Below are positions 24,840-36,760 of a stretch of DNA of 64,000 nucleotides, one piece after another (within the stretch, counting starts at the first letter, position 1; every line of letters begins with the position of its first letter). The stretch is from Eledone cirrhosa (lineage: Eukaryota). The notes under the pieces were generated by a model. The model was not told the DNA's origin, searched no databases, and saw nothing but the letters and a program-made list of their open reading frames with translations. The DNA lies in the NCBI GenBank assembly GCA_964016885.1, contig OZ024743.1, forward strand, positions 352,408,001 through 352,472,000, in the 5' to 3' direction. Position numbers and translations under genes: made by a program.

Positions 24840-26760
24840 CTTCTGTACATTTACTTAACACCATAACATCAGCAAATTCCAGTCAACTGATTTTACACCA
24901 GCCAGTCATAACACCACTTCTAATCCAGTCGTGCATGTCAATCCTGTTCATGTAAATAATGAATAGGAGAGGTGACACTACACACCCATATCAAATCATT
25001 TTGATTTAACACCATTTATCTGAACACAAATGCTTGAGCATTCGTGTAGAGAAATCGGGGCAGCAAGGAATGCTGACGTATACCTTTCAAGGTCGACAAA
25101 ACAAGAATATATATTGGCAATACTCCAATGATTTCTCAAAGACCTGCCACAGTATGAATATTTGGTATGAGCATTCGTATAGAGAAATCAGGGCAGCAAG
25201 GAGCTGACCATTGATCCCATACTCCTACAGTACCTTCTACAGCAGTTCCCGTGGAATGCAGACGAATACCTTTCAAGGTCGACAAAACAAGAATATATAT
25301 TGGCAATACTCCAATGATTTCTCAAAGACCTGCCACAGTATGAATATTTGGTTAGCTGTGTTACGTCCGGGGTGAAAACCGCACTGTTCATCAGCTAGCT
25401 TGGACTCAACAATCTCCCTACATTTCTTTACCAAACACTTAGCATAGACTTTACCAGGGGGGCTTAACAAGGAGATCCTTCTGTAATTGGAACAATCTCC
25501 CTTACCTCCCATTTTGAAAATTAGATTTATCACTCCTGATTGTCATTCAAGAGATCCAGGCCATCCAACAGACACAAGTCAGCCAGAGAACACCTTCACT
25601 ATTCAAGGCTTTTAATATCTCAGGCCAGATTTCATCTTCCCCAGTGGCCTTTCCACATTTGAGCTCTTTAACTGTTCTTCTGACCTCAACCTCTGAGATT
25701 AGTCACCATCCCAGATGCACCTCATATATATCAGATGTTGTTGGGATCGGATTTAGGAGATCAGCAAGTATTCTCTCCACCTTGCGAAGATGTACCGTTC
25801 TGAAGAAAGGAGAATCCCTGGCATGATCTTGATAGCAGGTGTGGAGGAGGGCTTCTTATTACAAAGTCAGTGGATGGTCTGCCAGAACACTTTGTTTGCT
25901 GCCCTGAAATTGGATTCCAGCTTGACAGCAAAGTCCTCCCATGTCTTATCCCAGGGAAATAGCTACGATCAGGCGAGTAAAGGCCACCTCTAAAAAAGCC
26001 TAGCTTTGTGGGTTTGACAAAGTACCAGATTGGATTCCAGCTTAACTCCAAAGTCTTCCCATGTCTTAACTTTGAACGCCTTTACTGTATCTGCTGCACT
26101 TCATTATGCCTGCAAGGAAGACAACTTGTTTTCAAGCCAAGCTTTGAAGGCTTCTTTCTTTGCTCGGATGACATCTTTGACCTCTTGATTGAACCAAAGG
26201 GTCTGCCTGTCATCCAGCACCACACTAAGGCTCTTTTGCCTGCAACATTTAACAGCTGAAGCAGAAACTGCTGAGCTGAACAATCTCCCTTCTGTCTCAA
26301 CATCCTCAGTTTCCTCAGGGAGTTCTCTGAATTTGGATACAACAGTATCTCCATACCTGGTCCTGACTTCTTCATCCACTAATGTTTCTCACTATATCCT
26401 CTAGGTCGCCCTGGATCTGCCAGTTTTGTGGGCTTCCTTGGCTTTAGCTAGTCTCAAGTTACAGATGGTGATCAGCTGACAGCTCAGCCCCTCTCTTAAC
26501 ATGAACATCCAGCACAGAATAAAAGAGATGAGAGACAATAACACATCAATTATTCATCTCTATCCCTGATTCCCATTATATGATGTATATTTATGGATGT
26601 CTCTGTGTTGGAAGGTGTTCATAATAGAGAGTCCATTGCGAGAACAGAAGTCTAATAGGCCTCTCCACCATTTATATTTAGATCAGGGTCACCATTCCTT
26701 TCTATGTCAGTTGGTCAGTGTCAATATATGCATTGAAGTATTCCATCAGTCCATCCTATA
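24840..26760 (-). mobile_element. RTE LINE fragment (APE, linker, RT N-terminus), decayed
   Basis: KGDCSNYRRISLLSPPGKVYAK, EQCGFHPGRNTANQIFIL, CFVDLER and WFNQEVKDVIRAKK. Includes an internal duplication at ~25035-25350. Confidence 0.85.
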
Positions 26761-26964
26761 AAGTGGTTGTGCTGATGCCATGACAAAAAAGGGCCCAGTC
26801 CACCCTGTAAGGTGGTCATGCTGGTGGCTTTTCTGCAAAATACTTAAATTAATGCTTTTCTTTAACTACACGACTCACCTTCTTATCTCATGTTTTCGTT
26901 CGCTTTTTGAACACCTGCCTAAGTATTAACAAAACAGAACTAAATGACTCATCTAATTCATCTA

Positions 26965-27054
26965 TATTTCCTGATGAAATAAGGTGTTTTGTACCATATA
27001 CATAATTGATTGACTGGTACTATATCGATCCTTATTGAAACAACCATAGAAATA
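26965..27054 (+). ncRNA. Degenerate type I hammerhead ribozyme motif in a Penelope-like terminal repeat remnant
   Basis: TATTTC-CTGATGA-AATAAGG...CCTTATT-GAAAC-AACC-ATA-GAAATA. Stem I is 6 bp and stem II is 7 bp; stem III is damaged. Confidence 0.6.
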
Positions 27055-27262
27055 AATGGTTTTAACTGAGTAACGACCTTGGTATTCCCTCTGAATTGAT
27101 TATTTATGCACTGTGACTTTTATCATCTTCATTTACCAGTATCATACCCCTTTGGGTTACACCCTAGATTTTGATTCCTGTGTGGTTTTGATCTGAATAA
27201 TGCATTGAGCTTAATGCACCTTCCTAAAATATTGCTGAATTTCTTAATTACTCTCTATATTT

Positions 27263-27294
<32 letters not shown>

Positions 27295-27324
27295 CACACA
27301 CACAAAGACATGTTGATTGCTACT

Positions 27325-29830
27325 TCTTGTTAGAAGAGTGCCATCCTTTCATTGAACTTTGCATGACCATGTGCACACAGGTGACTTTTCAGACGACCTT
27401 TTGTTTTGCAGATGTGTTCACAGATGTGACATTTGAACTGTCTGTCTCCTGACATTACCAGCTGGGGTGTATCTTCTACCATGTCTGGTCAGTCTACTAG
27501 CTTGAAAATTAAGCCACACTCTTTACAAATGTACCGCAGAGGGTCTGGTGGTAGAACCATCTCACAAGTGGCTTGATTTTTCCCTGTCTCATATGACCTC
27601 AGATGGTTGATAAATCCAGACCTTGATAGAAGAAATCAGCCATATACATTGCACCTCATTTCCTGCTGGATTTTTGCATGCACTGCATTTAAGTTCGACT
27701 TATGGAGTGAATACTTCAAAGCAGCATGCTCTACTCGCTTTTTCTCAAAGACATCACGTCCATGCTTGATAATCTTTCTCCATGTTGTACGGCCTTCAGC
27801 CAATGTCTCCCAGTTCTCCATTATCAATCTTCAGAGCTTTAAGATTGACTTTTATGACATCCATAAACTGCTACTTTGGTTTATGTTCTGGCCTTTTCCT
27901 TCTGGTCAGCTCCCCATAAAATAACTGTTTAGGCAACCTTCCATCCTCCATTCTGACCACATGACCATCCCAACACATTTGCTTTATAATATTCCTCTAC
28001 TCAATACTGGTGCAGGCCATTTTTTAAGTACAGCAGCATAAGATGTGTAAAAGGACCACTTGATGTTCAGAATACGTCGGATACAATGGCAATGACACCT
28101 TTCCAGCTACCTGATGTGGTGTTTGTAAGTTGTTCACGTTTTGCATGTTATAGCACGGCTTTAAGTAGACAGGCCTCATACACAGAGAGTTTTGTGTTTC
28201 TCATGATACTCCAATCTGACCAGACTTGCTTCTCAATCTTCTTGCATTCCTGTGATTTATTTCAGCATCGAGGGTACCATCTCTACTAAATGTACTTCCG
28301 AGATACACAAAGTTATCCACCAGTTCAAGTCTTTCTCCTCCCAGAAAAATGTCTGGCTCCACTTCCCCAATTGGTGGAATGTACTTGACCTTTGTCTTTT
28401 TATTTAGTTCAAATGCAGTGCATGCATTGAAAAAGTGTACAATATCAACTGTATGTCTTCTACAATGTGTGCCACAAAATCTGCATTATCAGCATATAAG
28501 AACTCCCTAGCAAGCATGCTAAATGTTTTGAACTTGGTGATAAAATGTCTTAGACTAAAAACTTTGCCAGAGGTTCAAAATCACAAGTATATGCTGAATT
28601 CAAATTCTTGAGAGGCATGTGTCAGCAGCATAGCAAATTAGATTAACAGAATGGATGCAGGTATGTCGCCCTACTTGACATTGTTTTCCACTGAAATTGG
28701 CTCTGAAAGTGTCCTATTGAAGTTCACTTTTGCTTTTAAATTTTGATGGAGTTTTTTTTTATATTCCAACAAATTCAGGAGGGCATCCAAGTTTCCCCAA
28801 TATGAGCCACAATGCACTATGATTAACAGTATCAAAGGCTTTAGTAAGGTCCACAAATACTTGGTACTGTGACACTCGCTGCTCAACACACTTTTCTATA
28901 AGCTGACGAGTTGAGAAAATCATGTCCAGCTCTGAATCTACACTGGGTTTCAGGGATGGCACCAGGGCAGATCTATTTTATGAGATGATTCAGAAGAATC
29001 TTGGATAAGACTTTTCCTACCAATTTGAGCAGACTTATACCACAATTACCACCATATTCAGACTTGGATCCCTTGTCCTTGTAAATTGACAACAAAATTG
29101 CATCTACCTAGTCTTGTGGAACAGGCTCACCATGCCATACAGATAAAACTAACCCATGAATGGCCATAGCAAATTGTCTCCTCCAAAGCGGATCAACTCA
29201 ATAGATATTCCATCCAAACCTGGAGCTTTCCCTATGTTTTCTCTTTGATAATAAACCTTATTTCATCAATGGTTGGATCATTCATCATCTCTATCTCAGT
29301 CTCCATTTGCAGCAGTCCATTAATAATTTCCTTATCAACTATAGAAGGGTTATCAAACAGATCTTTAAAGTGTTCAGTCAACTGTCTCATGATTCCTGCT
29401 AGATGAGGATGTTTGATGAGAATGTTCCCATCTTTTGACATTAATGGTGTCACTTTTGAGGGATGTGGGCCAAAAACTTGCCTTATTGTGCAGTATAATG
29501 CTGTTAAGTCCCTGCAATTATAAGCTCTCTATATCTTTACTTCAGCCCAGAAGTTATTCTTCATCTTTCGAGTTTTGCATTGCTTTTTTGAGGGCCTTCT
29601 CAAAACTGGTCCTCACTGGACACTCTGCAGCAAGACACTTCTCATACAGCTTGTTCTTCTCTTCAATGAGCATGGTGATTACACCATCATTATCATCAAA
29701 CCAGTCTCAGTGCCATACAAACACATGCACACACATTTCATGTACAATTAACTTCTCATGATGAGAACTGTTTCATTAATTTGAAATCCTTCAAAATGTC
29801 CCTGATAACTTCAAATGAATCAAACAGTTC
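27325..29830 (-). mobile_element. RTE/BovB-like LINE (RT plus C-terminal C2H2 zinc fingers), decayed
   Basis: DMIFSTRQLIEKCVEQ..FVDLTKAFDTV, LLYADNADF, WETLAEGRTTWRK and FKCHICEHICKTKGRLKSHLCAH. Confidence 0.88.
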
Positions 29831-30992
29831 TAGTCATGTAGAAGCCATTTCTACATATGTTTACTGTCTTGCAACAAGGAAGGCAAAACTTTTTAAGAGA
29901 GCATATTTTTCAACTGAAATAGAAGACATATAATGAAATATTTAAACCATAAGAAAAAAAATCTATCTCAACAAAAGAATGATTGACTGTATTTTGGATA
30001 AAAGTATAATAGTAGATCTATTTTGACGGTTTTCACCAACTTCAAATTCTTTGTAAATAAGGTGTTAAAATATCTGAAGTGATTATTTCACAATGAAACA
30101 CTGTTTTTCTATGTACACAGGTAAAAGTTTTTCTCTAACTTAATACTTTTCTTTTTCAATCTTACATAAAATTGAAATCTTAATAATGATTTTAATTTAT
30201 TGCTCACGCTCTCTCACCCTCTCTTTTTCTTGCTCTGCCTCTTCTCTTTTTAACTGTCTGTCTTTCCCTCCTTTTCTCTTCTACTCTATGATTCCCTATA
30301 CAATGTTCTCTTAGTCAATCTCTTGCTTTCAAAGTACTCCTAGTGTGTGAGGGGCTGGAAATAAACAAAAATTTGAGAAACATGTGGAAACTCATTACAT
30401 AATGGAGTTGTGAAACAAAAACTATTCTTAACAACCCTTAAAACATTGTACACATCAAAATATTAAAACTTCATAAATATATATTTGTACTCACAAGAAT
30501 TTCAAAACTACCCCATCTAAACATGTGTTGATCAGCTGACTTGGCTTATAAACAAGGTTTGAATCTTTGCCCATTTCTCAGACATAAAATGGGAATGGGG
30601 CAGCTTATATTCGAGTATATACAGTAAATCTGTTAAAGACCAGAAATAATACAGACCCAACAAATTCAAACTACAGTAAAAATTCAGACATGGTCTGCAA
30701 ATACCATGCAGACAAAATTTTCAGATTTGGAACATCTGGCCATAAATCAATACAGGCACCCCAAGCCATGCAGAAAATATTTAAAATGGGGAACCAAAGA
30801 TCACCAACGATGTGCACATAGTACTGAATGTACATTTTCCCACCCAAAAATGTCACAATTCACTGGAAACAAAAGAGTGCCTTAAAATGAATTGCTGCCA
30901 TGTCCATATCAAAGGCACTGTAAGAACACAACATCCCACTTTACTCAAGCACAGTCTCCCAAATCAGACATTTCAACCACTCCAGAGCCCAT

Positions 30993-31936
30993 GGTTTGAG
31001 GTGGTTACTGGTGTGCGTCAAGGTTGCTCGCTCTCTCCAGTTCTCTTTGCCATAGCCATTGACTGGGTACTAAGAAGAGCGTCTAAAGACCAGGGTATAT
31101 CTTGGGTGGGAGAGCAAAAGTTGTCTGACCTGGACTTTGCGGACGATATTGTTGCACTTGCAGAGAGCACAGCTGACCTGCAAATCATTATGAACAATAT
31201 CAATGTCGAAGCAGGAAGCTTAGGTCTCAATATCAGTGCTAAGAAGACCAAAAACATGTTATCTAGGACACACCCATCACCAACTAGTGTCTTCATTGAA
31301 CAGGGGGAGGTGGAGATAGTGGACAACTTCACCTACCTAGGAAGCTCCATTGACAATGGGGGCGCCATGGACAGTGAATTGCAATGTAGAATGGGAAAGG
31401 CTTCAGCAGCATTTAACCAGCTTGTCAAGATCTGGAAGAGCAGGAAGTTCACCCTCAAAACAAAGATGAGATTCTACAAGAGCAATGTGCTGTCCATACT
31501 CTTGTACGGAAGTGAAACATGGCACCTTAAGACCAGCCAAGAGAAGAAGTTGGACGCATTCAATTCCAGGTGTCTGCGAAAGATCCTGGGGATTAAATGG
31601 AGTGACCATGTAACAAACCAGGAAGTCAGGAACCGCACCAACCAGCAGCTAGTCTCTTCTGCCATCTGCAAGCGACGCCTGGGCTGGTTTGGGCACGCTT
31701 TGAGACTTCCCCCGGAGAGACTGGCGAACCAAGTACTTAAATGGGAACCCACAGGGAAGCAGACGGAGAGGGCGACCCAAAATGAACTGGCGCCAGACAG
31801 TTGAGAGGGACCTGCGAGCGACAAACAGACAATGGCGGGATGCTGTGCAACTGGCTGCTGACCGAATGCAGTGGAACACTATGATTGCCTCATGCGTCGC
31901 AAGACGCGGGAGCTTCTGAGTCTGAGTCTGAGTCTG
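30993..31936 (+). mobile_element. 5'-truncated RTE LINE (RT C-terminal half) with (TCTGAG)n tail and 9-bp TSD
   Basis: GVRQGCSLSPVLF, LDFADD, FTYLGS and LLYGSETW. TSD AGAGCCCAT at 30984-30992 and 31937-31945. Confidence 0.93.
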
Positions 31937-33129
31937 AGAGCCCATCAATAATGAAACTAGGAGATGCAACATCAATGAATTCTCCTTCAGGGATGTCAAC
32001 CCAGATGATAGAAAAACTGAAACAAATTCAAAATACACTGACAGAAAATGTAGCCATTTTACAAGGGATGCAGTTACAGTTGCTTATACCCTACACACTG
32101 ATACATGTATGACCTCCTCAATTGTGGCAACCATTCACACCAACTCAATAATAATTGTTTCTACTTTTGGCACAAGGCCAGCAATTACCCAGTACATTAC
32201 TGGTACTTTATTTTATCGACCCCGTAAGGATGAAAGGCAAAGTTGACCTCAATAATAATATTGAATATACAATGTCTCTCACACTTCACAAGTTGAACAA
32301 AAGTATCATCTCTGAAACCTTGCATACAAGAGAAAAGACAATATGAGTGCCACTAACTAAAACATACCTAACCCCAGACATATTAGACGCGGAAGTACAT
32401 ATGTCAGGTTATGTACTACCAGAACTGACTGCAGAATACAGAAAAAAAGGAGGAGTAGCTCTCTTCATCCATGAAGACCTAGCAACAAATGTCCTCCTCT
32501 CTCCACTCCAATACAATGAGTGATAATGCATGTGATCGACCTCAATTTGATTATAGGTATAGCCTATCCTCTTCCTGGTCTGATTAATTACAGAGATCAC
32601 TTCAGGGATGCCTTTTCACTTATTAATTCAAACCCTAAATGATGCAGCCCCCAGGCTTTCAACAGGAGACTTCAATTTTCCTAATTTCAGCTGGCCTGAG
32701 GGCTATATCCAACCTGGAACTACATAACTAAACAGGAGTGATATGGATGCTCTCCTCATCATTTCATTTTCATCATTTCATTTTACGTCCACTTTTCCCT
32801 GCTTGCAAGGGTGGGACGGGAACTGATTCTGGCTTAATTTCTACAGCTGGATGCCCTTCCTAACACCAACCTCATTTACAACTAAAACGCTCCTCATGCA
32901 ACAAATTATTACCTGTACAACTAGAGAAAATAATATTTTCAACTTAGTTTTAACCACTAATTCAGACTTTATTAACAATGTTCATGACATTCCAATAGCT
33001 ATTTCTGACCACAACATGGTATAAATGTATGGTTCAAAGAGGAAAACACAAAAATAACCTCAAATATGACTCATTAACTTGAATTTCAGGAAGGAAGGCC
33101 AACTGGAAAGAAATCAAAACTGAGAGTGA

Positions 33130-33600
33130 TAAAAAAACAAAATAAGGAACTGGGTGCCATTTATCGTGGCACCAACATGACCACATTACAATTTGGGCTG
33201 GGTGCTTTTTGTCATGACATCAAAACGACCACTCTACAGTGTGGATTGGGTGCTTTTTGTAATGTCTCCAATATGACCACTTCACAGGTTGGGCTGGGTG
33301 CTTTTGTTGCTGCCACACCCACTTTACAAGGTGGGCTGGGCGTTTATTGTCATGTTATACTACCAACCACTCCACAGGGCGAACCAGGTGCCTTCTGTCA
33401 TGCAGAGTGGGCTGGGCACCACCTGAAATGTCAACATGACCACCAGATGGGGGGACTGGGCACCCACCCATCATGTCACCAGCACAACCACCCTGCAGGG
33501 AGAGTTAGGTGCTTTTTTGTTGTGTTACCTAACACAGAGGACTCTACTCTTTTGTCATGAAACCAACATGACCCACCTTATAGGGTTTTCAGCCACCCCA
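33130..33600 (-). repeat. Degenerate tandem expansion of the SINE internal unit (gggtgctttttgtcatg...accactttaca)
   Basis: About 8-9 diverged units of ~45-50 bp; reverse complement of the aaaagcacccag..tgtaaagtgg unit seen at 21835-22146. Confidence 0.6.
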
Positions 33601-33799
33601 GCTGCATTGTGAGAGAGCTTTCCATACACGTATACATGCACTGATTGAGAGAGGTGCATAAGATGTGGAAAGTGGAGTGGGGTGTGTGTATGTAGGATGG
33701 GGGTCAGATGGGTAGGTCTAGGGTGCGGTATAATCTGGTAAGGGGTGAGGGGGGGGGGGGTGCCAACTAGAGACCACTAGATGCTGCTTCATCCTGTGC

Positions 33800-35005
33800 A
33801 CATGGGAAGACAGGTCTTCTGCATTACTGCATAGAGGTCTTGCATAGAGGTCTTGATCTTGCAACATCGTCTATGGGAGGTGCTATAGTGCAAGGTCAGT
33901 TTTTATCCCCTCATCCCAAGCTTTACTAGGTCTTTCTCTACCATAGCTCCCTTCTTATGCTCAGATTCTCTCAGTTCATTTACACTTTGCCATTTATGTA
34001 CATTACAATCACACATCCATTGGAGCATGCAAGCTTCAATTCTTTCCAATCTTCGTAGGTCCTCTGTACACAGTGCACAGGTCTCACTTCCATACAGCAT
34101 TGCTGTTTGTATACACACATCATACAATTTGCCCTTCATTTTGTTATTAGTTAGTAATGGTAGCAGTTCCTTGAACTTTCTCCATCCTGTTCTCACTCTG
34201 GCTACTGCAGTTTCAGAACACCCTCCTCCACTGCTAATTTGGTCACTCAGGTAATAGAAACAATCAATTATTTCTACAGAGCGCTCTGAGCATTTAAATG
34301 AACTAGTATCCTGTGAGCTCATTACTTACTGCACCTTTACATCAGCTACATATAAAACCTACGTTCTTTGTTAGCCTACCTGAGATCCCACTACATCTCT
34401 TGTGTACACATATTTTGCATTTGGGACATAGGATGGAATTTGTACCTACACCTTTCCTGCACATTGAGCAAAGTCATTTCCCTGAGGAGATCTGGGCCCT
34501 GTTTTCCTTTCTACATACTAGAAATGTAGCCTTTGACAAATTAACTTTAAGACCTTTTTATTCTAGACCATGCTTCCAGGTTTGGCATTTCTTCTCTAGA
34601 TCTGCCATAGATTCAGTTATAAGGGTTAGATCATCTACATACAGAAGTTCCCATGCGCAACCAGTCTTAAACTCTTCTGTTATAGTCTGCAGGACAATAA
34701 TAAACAGGAGAGAGCTAAGATTGGAGCCCTGATGAACTCATACCTGCACCCTAAATTCTTCACTATAGTAATTGTTAATTCTAACTTTGCTGATTGTTCC
34801 TCTATACGTGGCTTGTACAATCCTCACAAGCCGCTCATCTACTCCTAGTTTTCCAAGAGCCCACCAAATAATGGAGTGAGCAACTCTAACAAAAGCTTTC
34901 TCCAGGTCAACAAATGCCAAGTAGAGGGGTTTACTTTTAGCTAGGTATTTCTCGTGCAGTTGCCTCACAACGAAGAGAACATCAGTGGTACTTTTACCTG
35001 GCACA
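33800..35005 (-). mobile_element. RTE LINE RT fragment
   Basis: MPGKSTTDVLFVVRQLHEKY..FVDLEKAF, LLYVDDL and TAMLYGSET, with an internal Cys-rich insertion. Confidence 0.9.
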
Positions 35006-35802
35006 TCTCATCTAGGTTAACTCAGTCTAGACCTAAAAAAATCTTATGGAAAAGTTTGCTAAAGGAACACTGAGCAGTGGTGAAGGTAAAGTCTAATCCT
35101 GAGTTCTTTTTCCACTTTACTAAACAAAAATCATCTACTAATAACCAGATTGGCTCTGTGATAGACCAACAAGGATCATATACTAATAATCCATCACAAA
35201 TATGCAAATTCTTGAGTCAGTAATATAACATGAATTTTCCTAACCTATAATGAACAATATTGTGTATAATCCATATGAATTCTTCAATCCCCAGAATTCA
35301 ACTACAAAGATAAGCCTAGAAATTCAAGACATTCTGGAAGACAGCTATTAATTAACATGTAGCTATTAATGATCAGGATTCAAACTTAGCATCAGGTTCA
35401 GATATCTCCCAGCCATAGTGTTAAAAATGTACAAAAACAACCTCGCCAAACTATTAAAGATGCTGTTCCAAATCATTAGAAACGGGCATATTTCCAGAAC
35501 TACTGAAAGAAGAAACAATAACACTTATACACAAAAGAGGTAACAGCCATATTTGTATGTCTTTGAGACAGCCAGAGTGAATGCATTTGACTGAGCATGC
35601 TGATAGCATAACTATGGTCTGACCGCAGCTGTGAGCAGGTGTGTAGGTGTGTTTAGACATTAACCAGCAATTGAGATCCTAAAAATAGAAAAACCCACAG
35701 TCATCTGGGTCAATGACACTTCAAGTGCAGCCAGTTAGTATCTTGCCTTTCCTTCACTGTAAACAATGTATTTCATGTTTGAAATTATTGACTCAACTGT
35801 AA

Positions 35803-36129
35803 GTTTGCACTTAATTAACATTCAGACTTAATTTTTTCTTTCAAGTAATGTATGTATGTATATATGTGTGTGTCTATACGTGTGTATATAAAGATAAGAT
35901 GAGTATGAAAATGTATACACATGAACGCGTATGTATGTACATGAATACATGTGTGTATATATATATGTATGCATGTGTATATGTATGTAAGTATGAACAT
36001 GTTACTATGTGAATGTGAGTATATGTATTTTGTAGAGGTGTGCAAATATGTTTGTGTGTGAATGCGTGGGTGAAAGGATACGTACACTTGAAAGAAAAAT
36101 TTAAGTCTGAATGTTAATTAAGTGCAAAC
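35803..36129. repeat. 44-bp inverted repeats enclosing a (TG/TA)n tract
   Basis: gtttgcacttaattaacattcagacttaattttttctttcaagt (35803-35846) matches the near-exact reverse complement at 36086-36129. Confidence 0.85.
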
Positions 36130-36359
36130 ACAAAACCAACCACGCATATCTTTACTATCCCTAATCCCTCTATAGATTTAGAAAAATAACCAATAATATA
36201 TTCTATAAAAATGTCAAAACAACAGATGGGAATCTAATTACTCACTGCCACCAAAAATTCTCACTACTATCAAAAAACCACTCCCTCAACTATTCTTCTA
36301 ACAACTTCACCCCTCTCTCCTAATATTCTCTATAAAAACCAAACAGGTCCTCAGTAATA

Positions 36360-36672
36360 TTATTCTGATGAAATGACAGTAAATAATTATTTCTACTTTA
36401 GGCACAAGGCCTGCAATTACCCAGTATATTACTGGTACTTTATTTTATCGACCCCGTAAGGATGAAAGGCAAAGTCAACCTCGGCGGGATTTGAACTCAG
36501 ATCGTAAAGGGACGTAACTATGCTGGGAAGCATGGCGTCCGACCCTCTACCGATACTGCCAATCCACCCAGTAAATAATAACATTGAAATATTGAATGTC
36601 TACATAACTAATACTTTGTAGATAGCAGCTGTTTTCAGGTTATGTAACTGTTATAGAAACACGTGTCAATAA
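36360..36672 (+). ncRNA. Type I minimal hammerhead motif split by a SINE insertion
   Basis: TTATT-CTGATGA-A-ATGACAGT ... ACTGTTAT-A-GAA-ACACGTGT-C-AATAA: stem I 5 bp, stem II 8 bp, palindromic stem III, GUC site. Confidence 0.65.
36388..36568 (-). mobile_element. Full-length tRNA-derived SINE with 11-bp TSD
   Basis: Minus-strand A box TGGCAGTATCGG and B box GAGTTCAAATCC, with central ttgcctttcatccttacggggtcgataaaataaagtacc. TSD CAGTAAATAAT at 36377-36387 and 36569-36579. Confidence 0.9.
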
Positions 36673-36703
36673 ACTCCTTTCAACTAAATTGTATCCATTC
36701 AAA

Positions 36704-36706
36704 TCT

Positions 36707-36760
<54 letters not shown>

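Larger units (their letters stand above)
30630..35570 (+). mobile_element. Old CR1/L2-group LINE (Cys/His ORF1, APE, RT start) fragmented by nested insertions
   Basis: CHNSLETKECLKMNCCHVHIKGT, KKGGVALFIHE, GDFNFPNFSW, MQQIITCTTRENN, SDHNMV, and ASGSDISPAIVLK at ~35390. Confidence 0.6.

Noticed and set aside
30812-30992. N-terminal extension of the 330-aa RT ORF
   Set aside because: It lies outside the TSD and is a chance in-frame fusion with the older host LINE.
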